Counted from the first letter of the stretch, positions 51,695 through 62,491 are shown. The stretch: DNA of 64,000 bases from an uncultured Pseudomonadales bacterium (GCA_964386355.1 CAYLQQ010000002.1:45374-109373); one strand, 5' to 3'. Notes: generated from the sequence alone by a model not told the origin. Program-made: numbers and translations.

Positions 51695-52480
51695 ATGAAA
51701 TTTCATAGAATATTCGCCATAATTTTACGATTCATGATGCTGTTTAGGCGCAGTTATGACCGGATTTCGGATGTGTTTTATTGGCCGACAATTGATCTGT
51801 TGCTCTGGGGTTTGACCAGTCAGTTTTTTAGGAGCTTTAATCCTGAGGCTGATAAAGTCCTGATTATGATCATCACGGGAATTCTGTTTTGGATTATTGC
51901 CTGGAGAGCTCAGTATGAAATATCAGTTAATTTGCTGGAAGATTTATGGAATGAAAACTTTATCAATATTTTCGTTTCGCCGATCAAATTTTCCGAATGG
52001 GTTAGTGCCTTTCTGATAATCGGTGTATTAAAAGGTTTGATAAGTTTAGTATTTGCTGCCTTTATGGCATTCTTGCTTTACAAGGTCCAGATATTTGGCT
52101 ACGGATTCTATCTATTACCCTTTCTGTTCTCTCTATTACTGACTGGCTGGTGGGTGGGACTTTTTGTGGGTGGATTGATATTGCGATTTGGGACTAAGGT
52201 GCAAACGTTTGCCTGGACGCTGGTGATGGTATTATCTCCATTTGCAGCCATTTATTACCCTGTATCTATACTGCCGCACTGGGCGCAGATTGTAGCTAAA
52301 TTTGTACCGGCAAGTTATATTTTTGAAGGCGGGAGGAGTATTTTATACGAAGGTAGATTTGATAGCATAAACTTGCTATACAGCTTTGTTCTGAATTTTA
52401 TCTATTTGATTTTAGGGTATGTATTTATGAAAAAAAGTTTTAGCAAAATAATGAATAAGGGGATGGTGCACTTGAATTAA
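51695..52480 (+). CDS. ABC-2 type transporter permease
   Basis: Six hydrophobic helices. The ATG has a GGAGG SD and sits 1 nt after the ATPase gene's stop codon. Confidence 0.8.
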   Translation: MKFHRIFAIILRFMMLFRRSYDRISDVFYWPTIDLLLWGLTSQFFRSFNPEADKVLIMIITGILFWIIAWRAQYEISVNLLEDLWNENFINIFVSPIKFSEWVSAFLIIGVLKGLISLVFAAFMAFLLYKVQIFGYGFYLLPFLFSLLLTGWWVGLFVGGLILRFGTKVQTFAWTLVMVLSPFAAIYYPVSILPHWAQIVAKFVPASYIFEGGRSILYEGRFDSINLLYSFVLNFIYLILGYVFMKKSFSKIMNKGMVHLN

Positions 52481-52515
52481 TATAATAATTATTTTGTAAC
52501 ACAAAATTAGTCAAT

Positions 52516-52749
52516 TTATAATTTAAGCACAATTATTTTTTTATTACGATAACCAAGATACATGCTAGATAACAAGACTGCAATAAGCACAAACAGAGAA
52601 TAAACCTCTTGAAGTCTTTGAGCCCATATCGGCCATGGGTCATCACCAAAAATAAATATCCAAAATATGCCCATGATGAGTATGTATGTTAGAGCTGCCA
52701 GAAAGAGAGCAGTGATAAAGCCAATAATGGTAAAGATAAAAAAATACAT
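52516..52749 (-). CDS. Hypothetical small two-TM membrane protein
   Basis: 77-aa ORF with two clear hydrophobic helices. Confidence 0.45.
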   Translation of the reverse strand: MYFFIFTIIGFITALFLAALTYILIMGIFWIFIFGDDPWPIWAQRLQEVYSLFVLIAVLLSSMYLGYRNKKIIVLKL

Positions 52750-52777
52750 GTGTTTTTTTCATTGAATGGGTTAGTGC

Positions 52778-53563
52778 TTACAGCTCATTCCAAACTTCGA
52801 TAAACTGAACTTCTAATTCAGGGAATTTCTGTTTGATTTCCTCACCCAACGCCTGTATTCCAAATACTTCTGTAGCATAGTGGCCGCAGGCAAAGTAAGA
52901 TATTCCCAGTTCACGCGCGCTACCAGGAGAACTTTCTTTTATTTCTCCCGTGATATGAAGATCAATATGTTTGTCCAGCATTTCCCAATACTGTTCACCA
53001 ACAGGTACAGCTCCTCCAGAACAAACGCCAATACGTTTGACTGTTTCTTTTGAACCTTTGACAATGAACACATCGTGTTTGAACAGTTTCGAGCTCTCAT
53101 GTGCTAGTTCAGTAAGTGGCTTTTCTTCTTCAAACTCTCCAATCCACCCCCAACCGTAAAAGTATTCTTCAAAGGTCTCTATTGCTCCCAGTTTTTTTAT
53201 GATCTGTACATTATTTCCAATACTTGGATGCACATCGAGGACATAATGATAACCAGCAATGGTAAGGTCATGCTTGAAAATATACTCCAATTCCTGCTGA
53301 GTCGAGGGTAATAGCCTTGAGTTGAAGATATATCTATCATTCAACCCTAAGCCATGATGAAATATACAAACATCAGCACCCCAGGATACAGCTTTTTGTA
53401 GAAATTCAAGATTACAAGAGACGCCTAGAGCAACTTTTTTGACATCGTGTTTTCCTGATATCTGAATTCCATTGGCATTGCGGTCGATAGTTCTTGATTT
53501 TTCTATTAAATCTTTTCCAAAAATTTCATTGTGAACAGAGTTGAACAGGTTAAATGTATTCAT
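52778..53563 (-). CDS. Nif3-like dinuclear metal centre protein (YbgI/GTP cyclohydrolase 1 type 2 homologue family)
   Basis: VKKVALGVSCNLEFLQKAVSWGADVCIFHHG and the C-terminal GHYATE block are typical NIF3 motifs. Confidence 0.8.
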   Translation of the reverse strand: MNTFNLFNSVHNEIFGKDLIEKSRTIDRNANGIQISGKHDVKKVALGVSCNLEFLQKAVSWGADVCIFHHGLGLNDRYIFNSRLLPSTQQELEYIFKHDLTIAGYHYVLDVHPSIGNNVQIIKKLGAIETFEEYFYGWGWIGEFEEEKPLTELAHESSKLFKHDVFIVKGSKETVKRIGVCSGGAVPVGEQYWEMLDKHIDLHITGEIKESSPGSARELGISYFACGHYATEVFGIQALGEEIKQKFPELEVQFIEVWNEL

Positions 53564-53647
53564 AATTTAGCTATTGGTAATTGATAGGTATATATACTCT
53601 GTACTAGTAATTCAAATAATCATCTCTTAAAAAAGTAAATATATTTC

Positions 53648-54697
53648 CTATTTGATAATAATTTGTTCATCCAAGGCTGGTACATAAGCGATAAAATCAC
53701 CATCGCCTTTAAATACATAAACCGGTTGAAAGAATTCCTGTTGGATGGGTGGGTCAAAATAGGCGAGTTCAATTCTTCGAATAGTGATTTGATCTGAGTT
53801 GTTTGTATTGCTGGCAATATATCCATTACCAGCTTTTAACTGTTCCCAAGCTAAAGCGATGGGAGTGAGCGGATAAGTTTCCGGTTGCTCGTAGTTTACC
53901 TGGTAATAATCATACCTTGCTGTGATAATTTGTTTATCGTACTGTGACGATTTTGAGACTAGAAGACTGATGATACCATCCTGAGGCTTGTATGTTAAAA
54001 CAGGGATGTTATCGATATCATTTCGGAAATAATCCACTTTTATGAAATCTGCCTCAGAAAGACTAATTGATGGAACAAGTGATCCACCAGCTACTTTGTA
54101 GTAGGATAGTTTTCCTTTTAAAAAGTCAATATCAGTAAGTTTTTGGGATTCCTTTTTTAGAAATGCTAATGCGATTTGGTAAATCTGATCTTCTGTGAGT
54201 GGCCGCTTATCACTGAGTAATGAGGTATCTGCTTCCCACTGGTACTCATATGAAAAAGCACCAGTAATGATATCAATTTTCATGGTCAAAGGTTGGGGGA
54301 TCCGTCTTTGCCATTGGTATACTGTTTGGTTGATTTTGTCACCAGAACCACTAAATTGGTACGATGCCGCCAATGAATCAGCTTGTTGTTTTGCAAATAA
54401 TGATGCCTTTTTGGGTGGAATGTAATACACATTAGCCCTATCAGAAAACTGTGGAAATGTCCCTGTTGGAGTCTGGAGTATAAAATTGTACTGGTATTGG
54501 CCGTTTTGGGGGAATTTTAATCTTGGTAACGGTCCAAATCCCATAGTTGGTGGCGGTGGGGGTGGAGGATTTAGTCTGCGGTATAGGTCTATTCCATACA
54601 GCACTGCGGCTTGTAAAAATATGTACACAACTATGCCTATTCCTCCATATTTGATTGCCTTTCGGGATATGTATGAAACCTCAGTGAGCGTAGCCAT
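53648..54697 (-). CDS. Hypothetical membrane-anchored extracytoplasmic protein
   Basis: N-terminal TM (GIGIVVYIFLQAAVLYGIDLY) followed by a PPPPPPP tract and a beta-rich domain. Confidence 0.5.
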   Translation of the reverse strand: MATLTEVSYISRKAIKYGGIGIVVYIFLQAAVLYGIDLYRRLNPPPPPPPTMGFGPLPRLKFPQNGQYQYNFILQTPTGTFPQFSDRANVYYIPPKKASLFAKQQADSLAASYQFSGSGDKINQTVYQWQRRIPQPLTMKIDIITGAFSYEYQWEADTSLLSDKRPLTEDQIYQIALAFLKKESQKLTDIDFLKGKLSYYKVAGGSLVPSISLSEADFIKVDYFRNDIDNIPVLTYKPQDGIISLLVSKSSQYDKQIITARYDYYQVNYEQPETYPLTPIALAWEQLKAGNGYIASNTNNSDQITIRRIELAYFDPPIQQEFFQPVYVFKGDGDFIAYVPALDEQIIIK

Positions 54698-54787
54698 AAG
54701 AGATAGTATAATGTATTCAGTATTAAGTATAAAGATACATCATTTTGGATTTTGTACTTTATATGTATCGTGCTTATAATCGACAAT

Positions 54788-56002
54788 ATGTCAGATACTC
54801 TTCTTTGTCCCCACTGCGGTAAGTCTATTGCAATAAGTGATGCTATTTCTCATCAGATGCAGGCTCAGTTAGAAAAAAAATATGCAGTAGAAAAAAGGAA
54901 GTTAGAAGAATCATTTCAGAAAGAATTGGAAAGCACTCAACGGAATCTAAAAAAAGAATTATGGGAGAAGGCACAAGTTGCAGCTGCAAAACTACAGGAA
55001 GAGAAAGCGAAACAGCAGTCTATTGAACTTATTGATCTCAAATCACAGTTGGATGAGCAAAAGAAGCGTAATGAGGAAATGGTTAAACAGGAATTAGAGC
55101 TGAGAAAACAAAAACGTGAACTTGAAGAAATGAAGAAAGGTTTTGAGTTACAAAAACAGCGTGAGTTAGATGAAGAAAGGCAAAAGATACACAAACAAGC
55201 CGAAGAAGAACATAGGTTAAAAGAGCTTGAAAAAGATAAAACAATAAATGACCTAAAGAAATTATTGGAAGAAGCAAGACGAAAATCACTACAGGGTTCA
55301 CAGCAGACTCAGGGTGAGGTGTTAGAACTGGATCTGGAACAGAACCTGCGCAGTGCGTTTACTCAAGACAAAATAGATCCTGTTGCCAAAGGAGTTCATG
55401 GGGCTGATATCGTACAGGTTGTTTGCAACCCCAGTGGTTCAAGTTGTGGTGTGATTCTCTGGGAGATAAAACAAACTAAGAACTGGGTGGATGGTTGGGT
55501 AAGCAAATTGAAAGATGATCTGCGGGCACAAAAAGCTAACATTCCCGTGATCGTAACGATGAGTCTGCCAAAAGAAATTGAAAGTTTTGGTAAATACAAG
55601 GGGGTTTGGGTGGTCAGTCCAGATTTAGCTATTCAACTGGCTACTGTATTGCGGACTGTTCTGGTTAATGCTGCATTTGAAAGAAGTGCGGCATTACATA
55701 AAGGCGATAAAGCTGACCTTTTGTTTACATACGTATCTTCACATGAATTTCGACAAAGAGTTGAGGCTTTGGTTGAGGCATACACAGAAATGCAATCTGG
55801 GATTATGAAAGAACGGATGGGGTATGAGAAGCTATGGAAACAACGGGAAGCACAGTTACAGAGATTATTTTTAAATACTGCAGGAATGTATGGTGAGATG
55901 CAGGGATTAGTCGGTTCGACTATGCCGGAGATCAAAGGATTAGAAATTGGTTCTGCAGTACAGTTGGGAGATGGGGTTAGCGGTGAGGGAACATTATTTT
56001 AG
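54788..56002 (+). CDS. DUF2130 family protein (zinc-ribbon start, long coiled coil, nuclease-like C-terminal domain)
   Basis: CPHCGKSI start and a ~200-aa Glu/Lys coiled coil. The C-terminal block GADIVQVV...GVILWEIKQTKNW...W..KLKDD is typical of DUF2130. The start was moved to MSDTLLCPHCG. Confidence 0.65.
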   Translation: MSDTLLCPHCGKSIAISDAISHQMQAQLEKKYAVEKRKLEESFQKELESTQRNLKKELWEKAQVAAAKLQEEKAKQQSIELIDLKSQLDEQKKRNEEMVKQELELRKQKRELEEMKKGFELQKQRELDEERQKIHKQAEEEHRLKELEKDKTINDLKKLLEEARRKSLQGSQQTQGEVLELDLEQNLRSAFTQDKIDPVAKGVHGADIVQVVCNPSGSSCGVILWEIKQTKNWVDGWVSKLKDDLRAQKANIPVIVTMSLPKEIESFGKYKGVWVVSPDLAIQLATVLRTVLVNAAFERSAALHKGDKADLLFTYVSSHEFRQRVEALVEAYTEMQSGIMKERMGYEKLWKQREAQLQRLFLNTAGMYGEMQGLVGSTMPEIKGLEIGSAVQLGDGVSGEGTLF

Positions 56003-56218
56003 TTACACATTGACACCAGAGTCTAAATCGCTCAGACCATCATTGGGATCGAATTTTCTTGGCTTCATTAATAAACCAGTTAATAAATCCCAAAATCTTT
56101 CAGCTGCAACATGGCGTAACTTTGCAGATTCTTCAAATAACCCATCCAATGCTTTATTCCATGCATCTCTCGCTACTATTTGTTCTGGTGATCTAGGCCT
56201 AAATTCAATGGACATCAT
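56003..56218 (-). CDS. Hypothetical small protein (weak call)
   Basis: The ORF was trimmed to an internal Met so that it does not overlap the miaB-like start. No motif recognised. Confidence 0.25.
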   Translation of the reverse strand: MMSIEFRPRSPEQIVARDAWNKALDGLFEESAKLRHVAAERFWDLLTGLLMKPRKFDPNDGLSDLDSGVNV

Positions 56219-56266
56219 TTTTAATAAATATTTGAACAATATTTCGAATATAATACTCGATACATT

Positions 56267-57385
56267 ATGAAAAGCAAGACATACTATATCTATACATGGG
56301 GATGTGCTATGAACGCAGCCGATAGTCAGCGGATTGCGGGTTGGTATGAACAAAATGGCTATGTACTGGCTAAAACAGTTGATGAGGCTGACGAGATTAT
56401 TCTGACAACCTGTTCGGTACGTAAATCGGCGGAGGATAGGGTACTGGGACTGGTTGTCAATTTAAGTAAAGAATTTAAGTTAAAAAAAAGAAAGCCTAAG
56501 ATCATTCTTACGGGTTGCATGCTTCACTATGGTGAAGAAAAACTGAGGGGAATTCTACCGGATGTGGGTGAGTTTAAGCACATTACTGAGATTGGATTCC
56601 AAAATCCATCTGTAAGGCCTGACCCAAGGCATGCCCTTATTCCGATTTCAACTGGCTGCAATTCTTTTTGCACCTACTGCGTCGTGCCTCTGGCTAGAGG
56701 AAGAGAAAAATCAAGGCCAATGGATGAAATTATTAAAGAGATACAGGAATTGGTGGAAAAGGAATACATAGAATTTACACTTCTTGGTCAAAACGTAAAC
56801 AGTTACGGACTGGAAAAAGTGGGCATGTCTATGCGAAAGCGTTTAGATACTGATAAATCACTCCCCTCAAACCAAAGCCAGTACAAGGTGTTCCGGGGTG
56901 ACCCGCCATTTGTTAAGCTTCTTGATAAAATCTGTGCGATTGATGGAGTTAAAAAAGTCAATTTTATGTCTTCTAACCCCTGGGATTTCCATGATGAGCT
57001 AATCGAATGTATTACCCGAAATCCTAAGATCAACCGCGAACTACATATTGCCTTACAATCTGGAGATGATGAGATTCTGGTAAAAATGAATAGGGGATAC
57101 ACAGCTAGGCAGTATCTTAATCTGATTAAAAAACTACGTGAGAAAGTGTCTGGGGTCAGTTTTACAACCGACCTGATTGTCGGGTTTCCTGGCGAAACGG
57201 AAGAGCAATTTCAACATACTGCTAATCTATGCAAACAGATCGGGTTCAACATTGCATATGTCAATCGTTACTCTCCCCGCCCAGGAACGATATCTGCTAA
57301 GTTATATACTGATGATATTCATGATCTAGAGAAGAAGAAAAGGTGGAAGGTGCTTGATACGCTAATTAATAAAAATGATAATTAA
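56267..57385 (+). CDS. MiaB/RimO-family radical-SAM methylthiotransferase, short form without a TRAM domain
   Basis: N-terminal UPF0004 cluster motif YIYTWGCAMN, radical-SAM CxxxCxxC (GCNSFCTYCVVP), and the ...YSPRPGT block. The protein ends ~40 aa later, at residue 372. Confidence 0.8.
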   Translation: MKSKTYYIYTWGCAMNAADSQRIAGWYEQNGYVLAKTVDEADEIILTTCSVRKSAEDRVLGLVVNLSKEFKLKKRKPKIILTGCMLHYGEEKLRGILPDVGEFKHITEIGFQNPSVRPDPRHALIPISTGCNSFCTYCVVPLARGREKSRPMDEIIKEIQELVEKEYIEFTLLGQNVNSYGLEKVGMSMRKRLDTDKSLPSNQSQYKVFRGDPPFVKLLDKICAIDGVKKVNFMSSNPWDFHDELIECITRNPKINRELHIALQSGDDEILVKMNRGYTARQYLNLIKKLREKVSGVSFTTDLIVGFPGETEEQFQHTANLCKQIGFNIAYVNRYSPRPGTISAKLYTDDIHDLEKKKRWKVLDTLINKNDN

Positions 57386-57388
57386 CTT

Positions 57389-57994
57389 ATGCGTGTATTT
57401 ATTGTCCGGCATGGTGAAACCGATTGGAATGTAGAGCACAAGTTCCAAGGTGAAGTTGACGTGCCTCTTAATCAAAATGGATTAGATCAGGCTCAACGGA
57501 TTGCCAGTAGATTGCGTTTGGAGCATTTTGATGTTATCTATTCTTCTCCTCTATCAAGAGCTTTAGAAACTGGCAAGTCTATTGCGAAGTACCATCCCCG
57601 GGCTCCTTTTCTTATTGAACATGAGCTACGTGAGGTATCATTTGGAAGTTGGGAGGGAAAAACATGGGCTGATATAGAGCAAGAATTAGGCGGTATGCGA
57701 CATCTTAGTCCTCATGAGGAATTTATCGATAGAATCCATGGAGGCAATTCACTCGAACAGCGCGTAGAGAAGTTGATACCAGTAGTTGAACAATGGCTGA
57801 AGACTTATAAAAACAAAACAATTCTACTTTCTACTCATGGATACATTAAAAAGGGTATATTGATAGCATTTAAAGTCGCCACCTATGACAGTGAGTTTCA
57901 AAGTCAAAGGTTTGAAAATACGGCATTGACTATTATCCGGCCGTTTGATGAGGAAAAAATTGAACTGCTGGCTGATACTTCTCATTTACTATGA
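57389..57994 (+). CDS. Histidine phosphatase family protein (phosphoglycerate mutase-like)
   Basis: RHGETDWN catalytic motif, and a later SHG block. Confidence 0.85.
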   Translation: MRVFIVRHGETDWNVEHKFQGEVDVPLNQNGLDQAQRIASRLRLEHFDVIYSSPLSRALETGKSIAKYHPRAPFLIEHELREVSFGSWEGKTWADIEQELGGMRHLSPHEEFIDRIHGGNSLEQRVEKLIPVVEQWLKTYKNKTILLSTHGYIKKGILIAFKVATYDSEFQSQRFENTALTIIRPFDEEKIELLADTSHLL

Positions 57995-59013
57995 ACAACC
58001 TAATCATGCTTTCGGGTCCGACTGCTTCAGGAAAAACGCAACTGGCACTGAACCTCGCTAAACAGTTTAATGGCGAACTGATATCAGCTGATTCTAGGCA
58101 AGTATATACAGGGATGGATATAGTAACTGGCAAAGACTTGCCAGTAAATTCAAAATTCAAAACACTAAGTTTAGAAGTAAAAAGACAATTATGTTTTGGC
58201 TACTATGTTGTAGAGGAAATTAAAGTATGGGGATTGGATATTGTCGATCCTGATCAGGAGTTTGATGTGTCTTCTTTTATTCAATATACATCTCTTGTAT
58301 TAGCCGACATAGTGCAAAGAGAGAAAGTGCCTATAATTATTGGAGGGACTGGATTTTGGATACGGTCGTTACTTAAGCAGCCAGAAACAGTGGGTGTTCC
58401 AATTAATAAAGATTTGAGGCTGGAGCTTGCAAACTTCACAATTGAAAAACTACAGGTAAAGTTGAAAGAGGTACATATGCAGAAGTGGGAACAGATGAAT
58501 AATTCTGATAGAAATAACCCACGTAGGCTAATCAGGGCGATTGAAATAGAAGAATATAGAATTGAGAACATGAAACATAGTAAAGATGAAAGAGCAGAAT
58601 GTAATTCTGAATTTGATTTGGAACCTCATTGGGGTCTACGTAACAAAAAGGGAATGATGGATATTGTTTGGATAGGATTAAAAATTGAAAAAGAAATTCT
58701 TGAAAAAAAGATTAGGGCTCGGGTTTTAGATAGATTACATAACGGAGCAGTCGAAGAAACAAAAAGATTGGTTGAGCGCTATGGGTGGGATAAGCCTTCC
58801 ATGACCGGGATTGGATATAGGGATCTAAAGCCTTATATCGAAGGTGAAGTTTCACTCGCGCAAGCTACTGAAAACTGGATAATGCATGAGATGCAGTATG
58901 CTAAAAGACAAATGACATGGTTTGCTAAAGAAGAACGTATCGAATGGTTTGACGTGCACACCGATGGGATATTTGATAGAATTAACTGTAGAGTAGAAAC
59001 ATTTTTAAACTGA
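57991..59013 (+). CDS. miaA: tRNA dimethylallyltransferase
   Basis: P-loop GPTASGKT, SADSRQVYTGMDIVTGK, and ATGA start/stop overlap with the preceding gene. Confidence 0.9.
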   Translation: MNNLIMLSGPTASGKTQLALNLAKQFNGELISADSRQVYTGMDIVTGKDLPVNSKFKTLSLEVKRQLCFGYYVVEEIKVWGLDIVDPDQEFDVSSFIQYTSLVLADIVQREKVPIIIGGTGFWIRSLLKQPETVGVPINKDLRLELANFTIEKLQVKLKEVHMQKWEQMNNSDRNNPRRLIRAIEIEEYRIENMKHSKDERAECNSEFDLEPHWGLRNKKGMMDIVWIGLKIEKEILEKKIRARVLDRLHNGAVEETKRLVERYGWDKPSMTGIGYRDLKPYIEGEVSLAQATENWIMHEMQYAKRQMTWFAKEERIEWFDVHTDGIFDRINCRVETFLN

Positions 59014-59020
59014 AAACTAT

Positions 59021-59989
59021 ATGAATAAAATAGAAATTTCACCTAAAACAGTATTTTATACAATACTTATTCTGATCGGATTTTGGTTGGTGTATCAGAT
59101 ACGGTCTGTGCTGCTGATTGTCTTTGTATCTTTTATCTTAGCAACCGCGCTTAATCCGCTTGTTAACGGGTTGCAGAAAATTAAATTACCCAGGGTACTG
59201 GCAATTTTTATCAGCTTTATCATTGTTATTGGAATAGTAAGCCTGGTATTTGCTGGCATTATCCCAACTCTGATTGAGCAAACGGCGATTTTGGCCACCA
59301 GTTTGATTCAGATACTTAATGAAAATCACCTTTTGGATTTTGACCAGAACGCAATTGCATCACAAATACAAACAATTTCATCCAGCCTAATTAATGTATT
59401 GAAGATAATCATGGGGGCTGCCTCTAATGTGATTGCACTTTTTTCACTTTTGGTAATGACCTTTTATCTTCTTATCGAAAGACCATATCTAGAAAAATAT
59501 TTACGAATATTGTTTCACGACGGGGAAAAAGAAAAAAAATGGCTACAGGTTATTGAGGCAGTTGAGCAACGGCTTGGAGGTTGGGTGAGGGGCGAGATAT
59601 TACTTATGGTGATAGTTGGGACACTTACGTATATTGGTTTGTCTGCTATACGTATTCCCTTTGCTTTACCATTGGCATTGTTAGCAGGTTTGTTGGAGTT
59701 AGTTCCCAATTTAGGACCTACTATTGCAGCTATTCCAGCGGCAATTATTGGCTTTACCATATCGACACCGGTAGCAATTGGAACAATCATTGTTTCCATT
59801 GCTGTCCAGCAACTCGAAAATAATATTATTGTTCCCTTGGTCATGCGATCATCAGCAGGTATTAGGCCGATCGTTACATTACTTTGCCTTATGATTGGAG
59901 TTACGATTGGAGGAGTTGGTGGAGCAATTCTTGCTGTACCAACATATATTACGATTGAAACCGTAGTGAAACAACTGATTAGAAAATAA
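59021..59989 (+). CDS. AI-2E family transporter (PerM/UPF0118)
   Basis: Eight-TM layout with the conserved ...LLELVPNLGPTIAAIPA... block. Confidence 0.8.
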   Translation: MNKIEISPKTVFYTILILIGFWLVYQIRSVLLIVFVSFILATALNPLVNGLQKIKLPRVLAIFISFIIVIGIVSLVFAGIIPTLIEQTAILATSLIQILNENHLLDFDQNAIASQIQTISSSLINVLKIIMGAASNVIALFSLLVMTFYLLIERPYLEKYLRILFHDGEKEKKWLQVIEAVEQRLGGWVRGEILLMVIVGTLTYIGLSAIRIPFALPLALLAGLLELVPNLGPTIAAIPAAIIGFTISTPVAIGTIIVSIAVQQLENNIIVPLVMRSSAGIRPIVTLLCLMIGVTIGGVGGAILAVPTYITIETVVKQLIRK

Positions 59990-60049
59990 TCTATTTTGAA
60001 GGCAATACCTCCCAGATATTTTCGAGTATGCCTGTATATGTTAGTTGTT

Positions 60050-62491
60050 TTAGATTACAGCTACTTTGAGCACATCCCCAATCTGGTCTGCATAACGGAT
60101 AGAAAGTTCCTGCTTGACCCTCTCAGGCACTTCTTCCATATCTTTTTCATTTGATTTGGGAATGACCACAGTTTTAAGACCTGCACGATGGGCTGCGATT
60201 AATTTCTCTTTCAAGCCTCCAATTTCTAGTACTCGGCCACGTAAGGTAATTTCCCCTGTCATACCTACATCTTTATGGACTTTCTTTTTGGATAGTGCTG
60301 AATAGAGAGCAGTAGTGATAGCCACACCCGCGGAAGGTCCATCTTTTGGTACTGCACCTTCCGGTACATGTATATGGAAGTCGTATTTAGAATATGCATC
60401 CTTATCGATTCCCAGTTCTTCCCAGTGACTACGAATGTATGAGAGGGCAGCTTTACATGACTCTTGCATGACCTCACCCAGCTTGCCGGTAATGATTATT
60501 CTACCTTTACCTGGCATTAGAGCGACTTCGATGAAAAGTATATCACCACCTACTTGTGTCCATGCCAACCCAGTTGAGATACCAATATCATCCTTTGCCT
60601 CAGCAACCGCATCGCTATATTTGCGAGGTCCCAGATACTCATGCAAGTTATCTTCAGTTACTTTAGCTTTTTCTATCTCGCTAGAATTAATCTTTTTAGC
60701 GATTTTGCGCATGATTTTATTTAAATTACGTTCCAATTCGCGTACACCTGCTTCTCTCGTATAACCACGAATAATCTTTTTATACGCAGCTGAGGTGATA
60801 GTAACCTGTTCTTTGAGTAGGCCGGATCCGTTTAAAGTTTTATCATAAAGGTACTTTTTTGCAATTTCGTACTTTTCATCATCGGTATATCCTGAAAAGC
60901 GAATGATCTCCAAACGATCTCTCAAGGCTGGCGGAATGGTATCCAAAACGTTAGCTGTGGTAATAAATAATACCTGTGATAAATCGAAAGGAACCTCCAG
61001 GTAATGGTCTGAAAACCCAGTATTCTGTTCTGGATCTAGAGCTTCAAGTAAAGCAGATGATGGATCTCCTCGGAAATCATTACCAATTTTATCGATTTCA
61101 TCGAGCATAAAAACCGGATTCATGGTGCCAGAATCCTTAAGACCCTGGATAATACGTCCAGGCATAGCACCCACATAGGTACGCCTATGGCCGCGAATTT
61201 CAGCCTCGTCCCGAATACCACCTATTGAGACTTTAATAAATTTTCGACCCAGGGCTTTTGCAATAGATTTGCCAATGGAGGTTTTACCGACCCCGGGAGG
61301 GCCAGAGAAGCACAAGATAGTTGTGTTTTTTGCATCCTTAGCTTTATCTGGTAACTTATCAGCCTGTTTTTTGCGAAGCGCCATAACTGATAAGTATTCC
61401 AATATGCGTTCTTTAACCTCTTTTAATCCATAATGATCGTGTTCTAATACTTTTTCTGCTTTAGTAGCTCCATTATCACTTTTTGTGTATTTACCCCATG
61501 GCATCTCAAAAATGGTCTCAAGATAGGTCCGAATATATCCTGACTCGGGATTATAGGAGTGCATTTTGGCTAACCTGCCAATTTCTTTTTGGATCTTTTC
61601 TTTTATATCTTGGGGTATTTTAAGTGTTTTCAGTTTTTTTCGAAATTCCCCAACCTCCGGATCATCCATATCCTCTTCACCAATATTCTCTCCCAGTTCT
61701 TTTTGAATTGTTTTCATCCGTTCGCGCAGGACTGCTTCACGCATTGATTTGTCAAACTTCTTTTGGGTTTTGCTTGCGATGTTGTGTTCGATTTCGAGTA
61801 CTGCAATCTCCTTTGCTAATAGGTCATTGACAGTTTTGAGTCTGACATTGACATCAGTTATATCTAAAAGGGCTTGTTTTTGAGAAATAGGAATATCAAG
61901 AATTGAACCGATTTGATCGGCAAGTTCAGGTTTAGGCACACCGGACATAAGTTTCATAAAAACCAAAAAGTCAATGGGTTTGCCCATGTTTACGGCACGC
62001 TTAAGATTATTAGTTAATACTTTTACTAGAGATTCAGCTTCAGGTGTGATGTCGTTAACTTCCTCAACCATGTCCAGTTTGGCGATACCAAAATCACCTA
62101 CTAGATTGCAGGAAACAATTTTTGCCCGTCTGACACCATGCACTAACGCATTGATTTCATCGCCTGTTTTTAAGAGCCGTTCAATTCGGCAGATAGTTCC
62201 CGTTTTATAGAGGTCATCCATGCTGGGATTTGCTACTGCTGCATTTTTTTGTGTTGTTAAGAAGATAAACTTACTTGTTTTGAAGGCATGCTCGACAGCT
62301 TTGATAGATTGCGTGCGCCCGAAAGCCAGAACAATTTCAAGGTGTGGAAACATAACCACATCACGAAGAGGCACCATGGGTAAAATCATATTTTTATCCT
62401 GGACTTCTGGATTTTTAACCTCTGGAATAATTTGTTCCGGTTGCTGGTCAGCAGGAGTTGGTTGATTTGGTTTTGTCAATGAATCTGTCAT
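60050..62491 (-). CDS. lon: ATP-dependent Lon protease
   Basis: LON N-domain, AAA+ Walker A GPPGVGKTS, Walker B FMLDEIDK, and protease catalytic PKDGPSAG. Confidence 0.95.
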   Translation of the reverse strand: MTDSLTKPNQPTPADQQPEQIIPEVKNPEVQDKNMILPMVPLRDVVMFPHLEIVLAFGRTQSIKAVEHAFKTSKFIFLTTQKNAAVANPSMDDLYKTGTICRIERLLKTGDEINALVHGVRRAKIVSCNLVGDFGIAKLDMVEEVNDITPEAESLVKVLTNNLKRAVNMGKPIDFLVFMKLMSGVPKPELADQIGSILDIPISQKQALLDITDVNVRLKTVNDLLAKEIAVLEIEHNIASKTQKKFDKSMREAVLRERMKTIQKELGENIGEEDMDDPEVGEFRKKLKTLKIPQDIKEKIQKEIGRLAKMHSYNPESGYIRTYLETIFEMPWGKYTKSDNGATKAEKVLEHDHYGLKEVKERILEYLSVMALRKKQADKLPDKAKDAKNTTILCFSGPPGVGKTSIGKSIAKALGRKFIKVSIGGIRDEAEIRGHRRTYVGAMPGRIIQGLKDSGTMNPVFMLDEIDKIGNDFRGDPSSALLEALDPEQNTGFSDHYLEVPFDLSQVLFITTANVLDTIPPALRDRLEIIRFSGYTDDEKYEIAKKYLYDKTLNGSGLLKEQVTITSAAYKKIIRGYTREAGVRELERNLNKIMRKIAKKINSSEIEKAKVTEDNLHEYLGPRKYSDAVAEAKDDIGISTGLAWTQVGGDILFIEVALMPGKGRIIITGKLGEVMQESCKAALSYIRSHWEELGIDKDAYSKYDFHIHVPEGAVPKDGPSAGVAITTALYSALSKKKVHKDVGMTGEITLRGRVLEIGGLKEKLIAAHRAGLKTVVIPKSNEKDMEEVPERVKQELSIRYADQIGDVLKVAVI

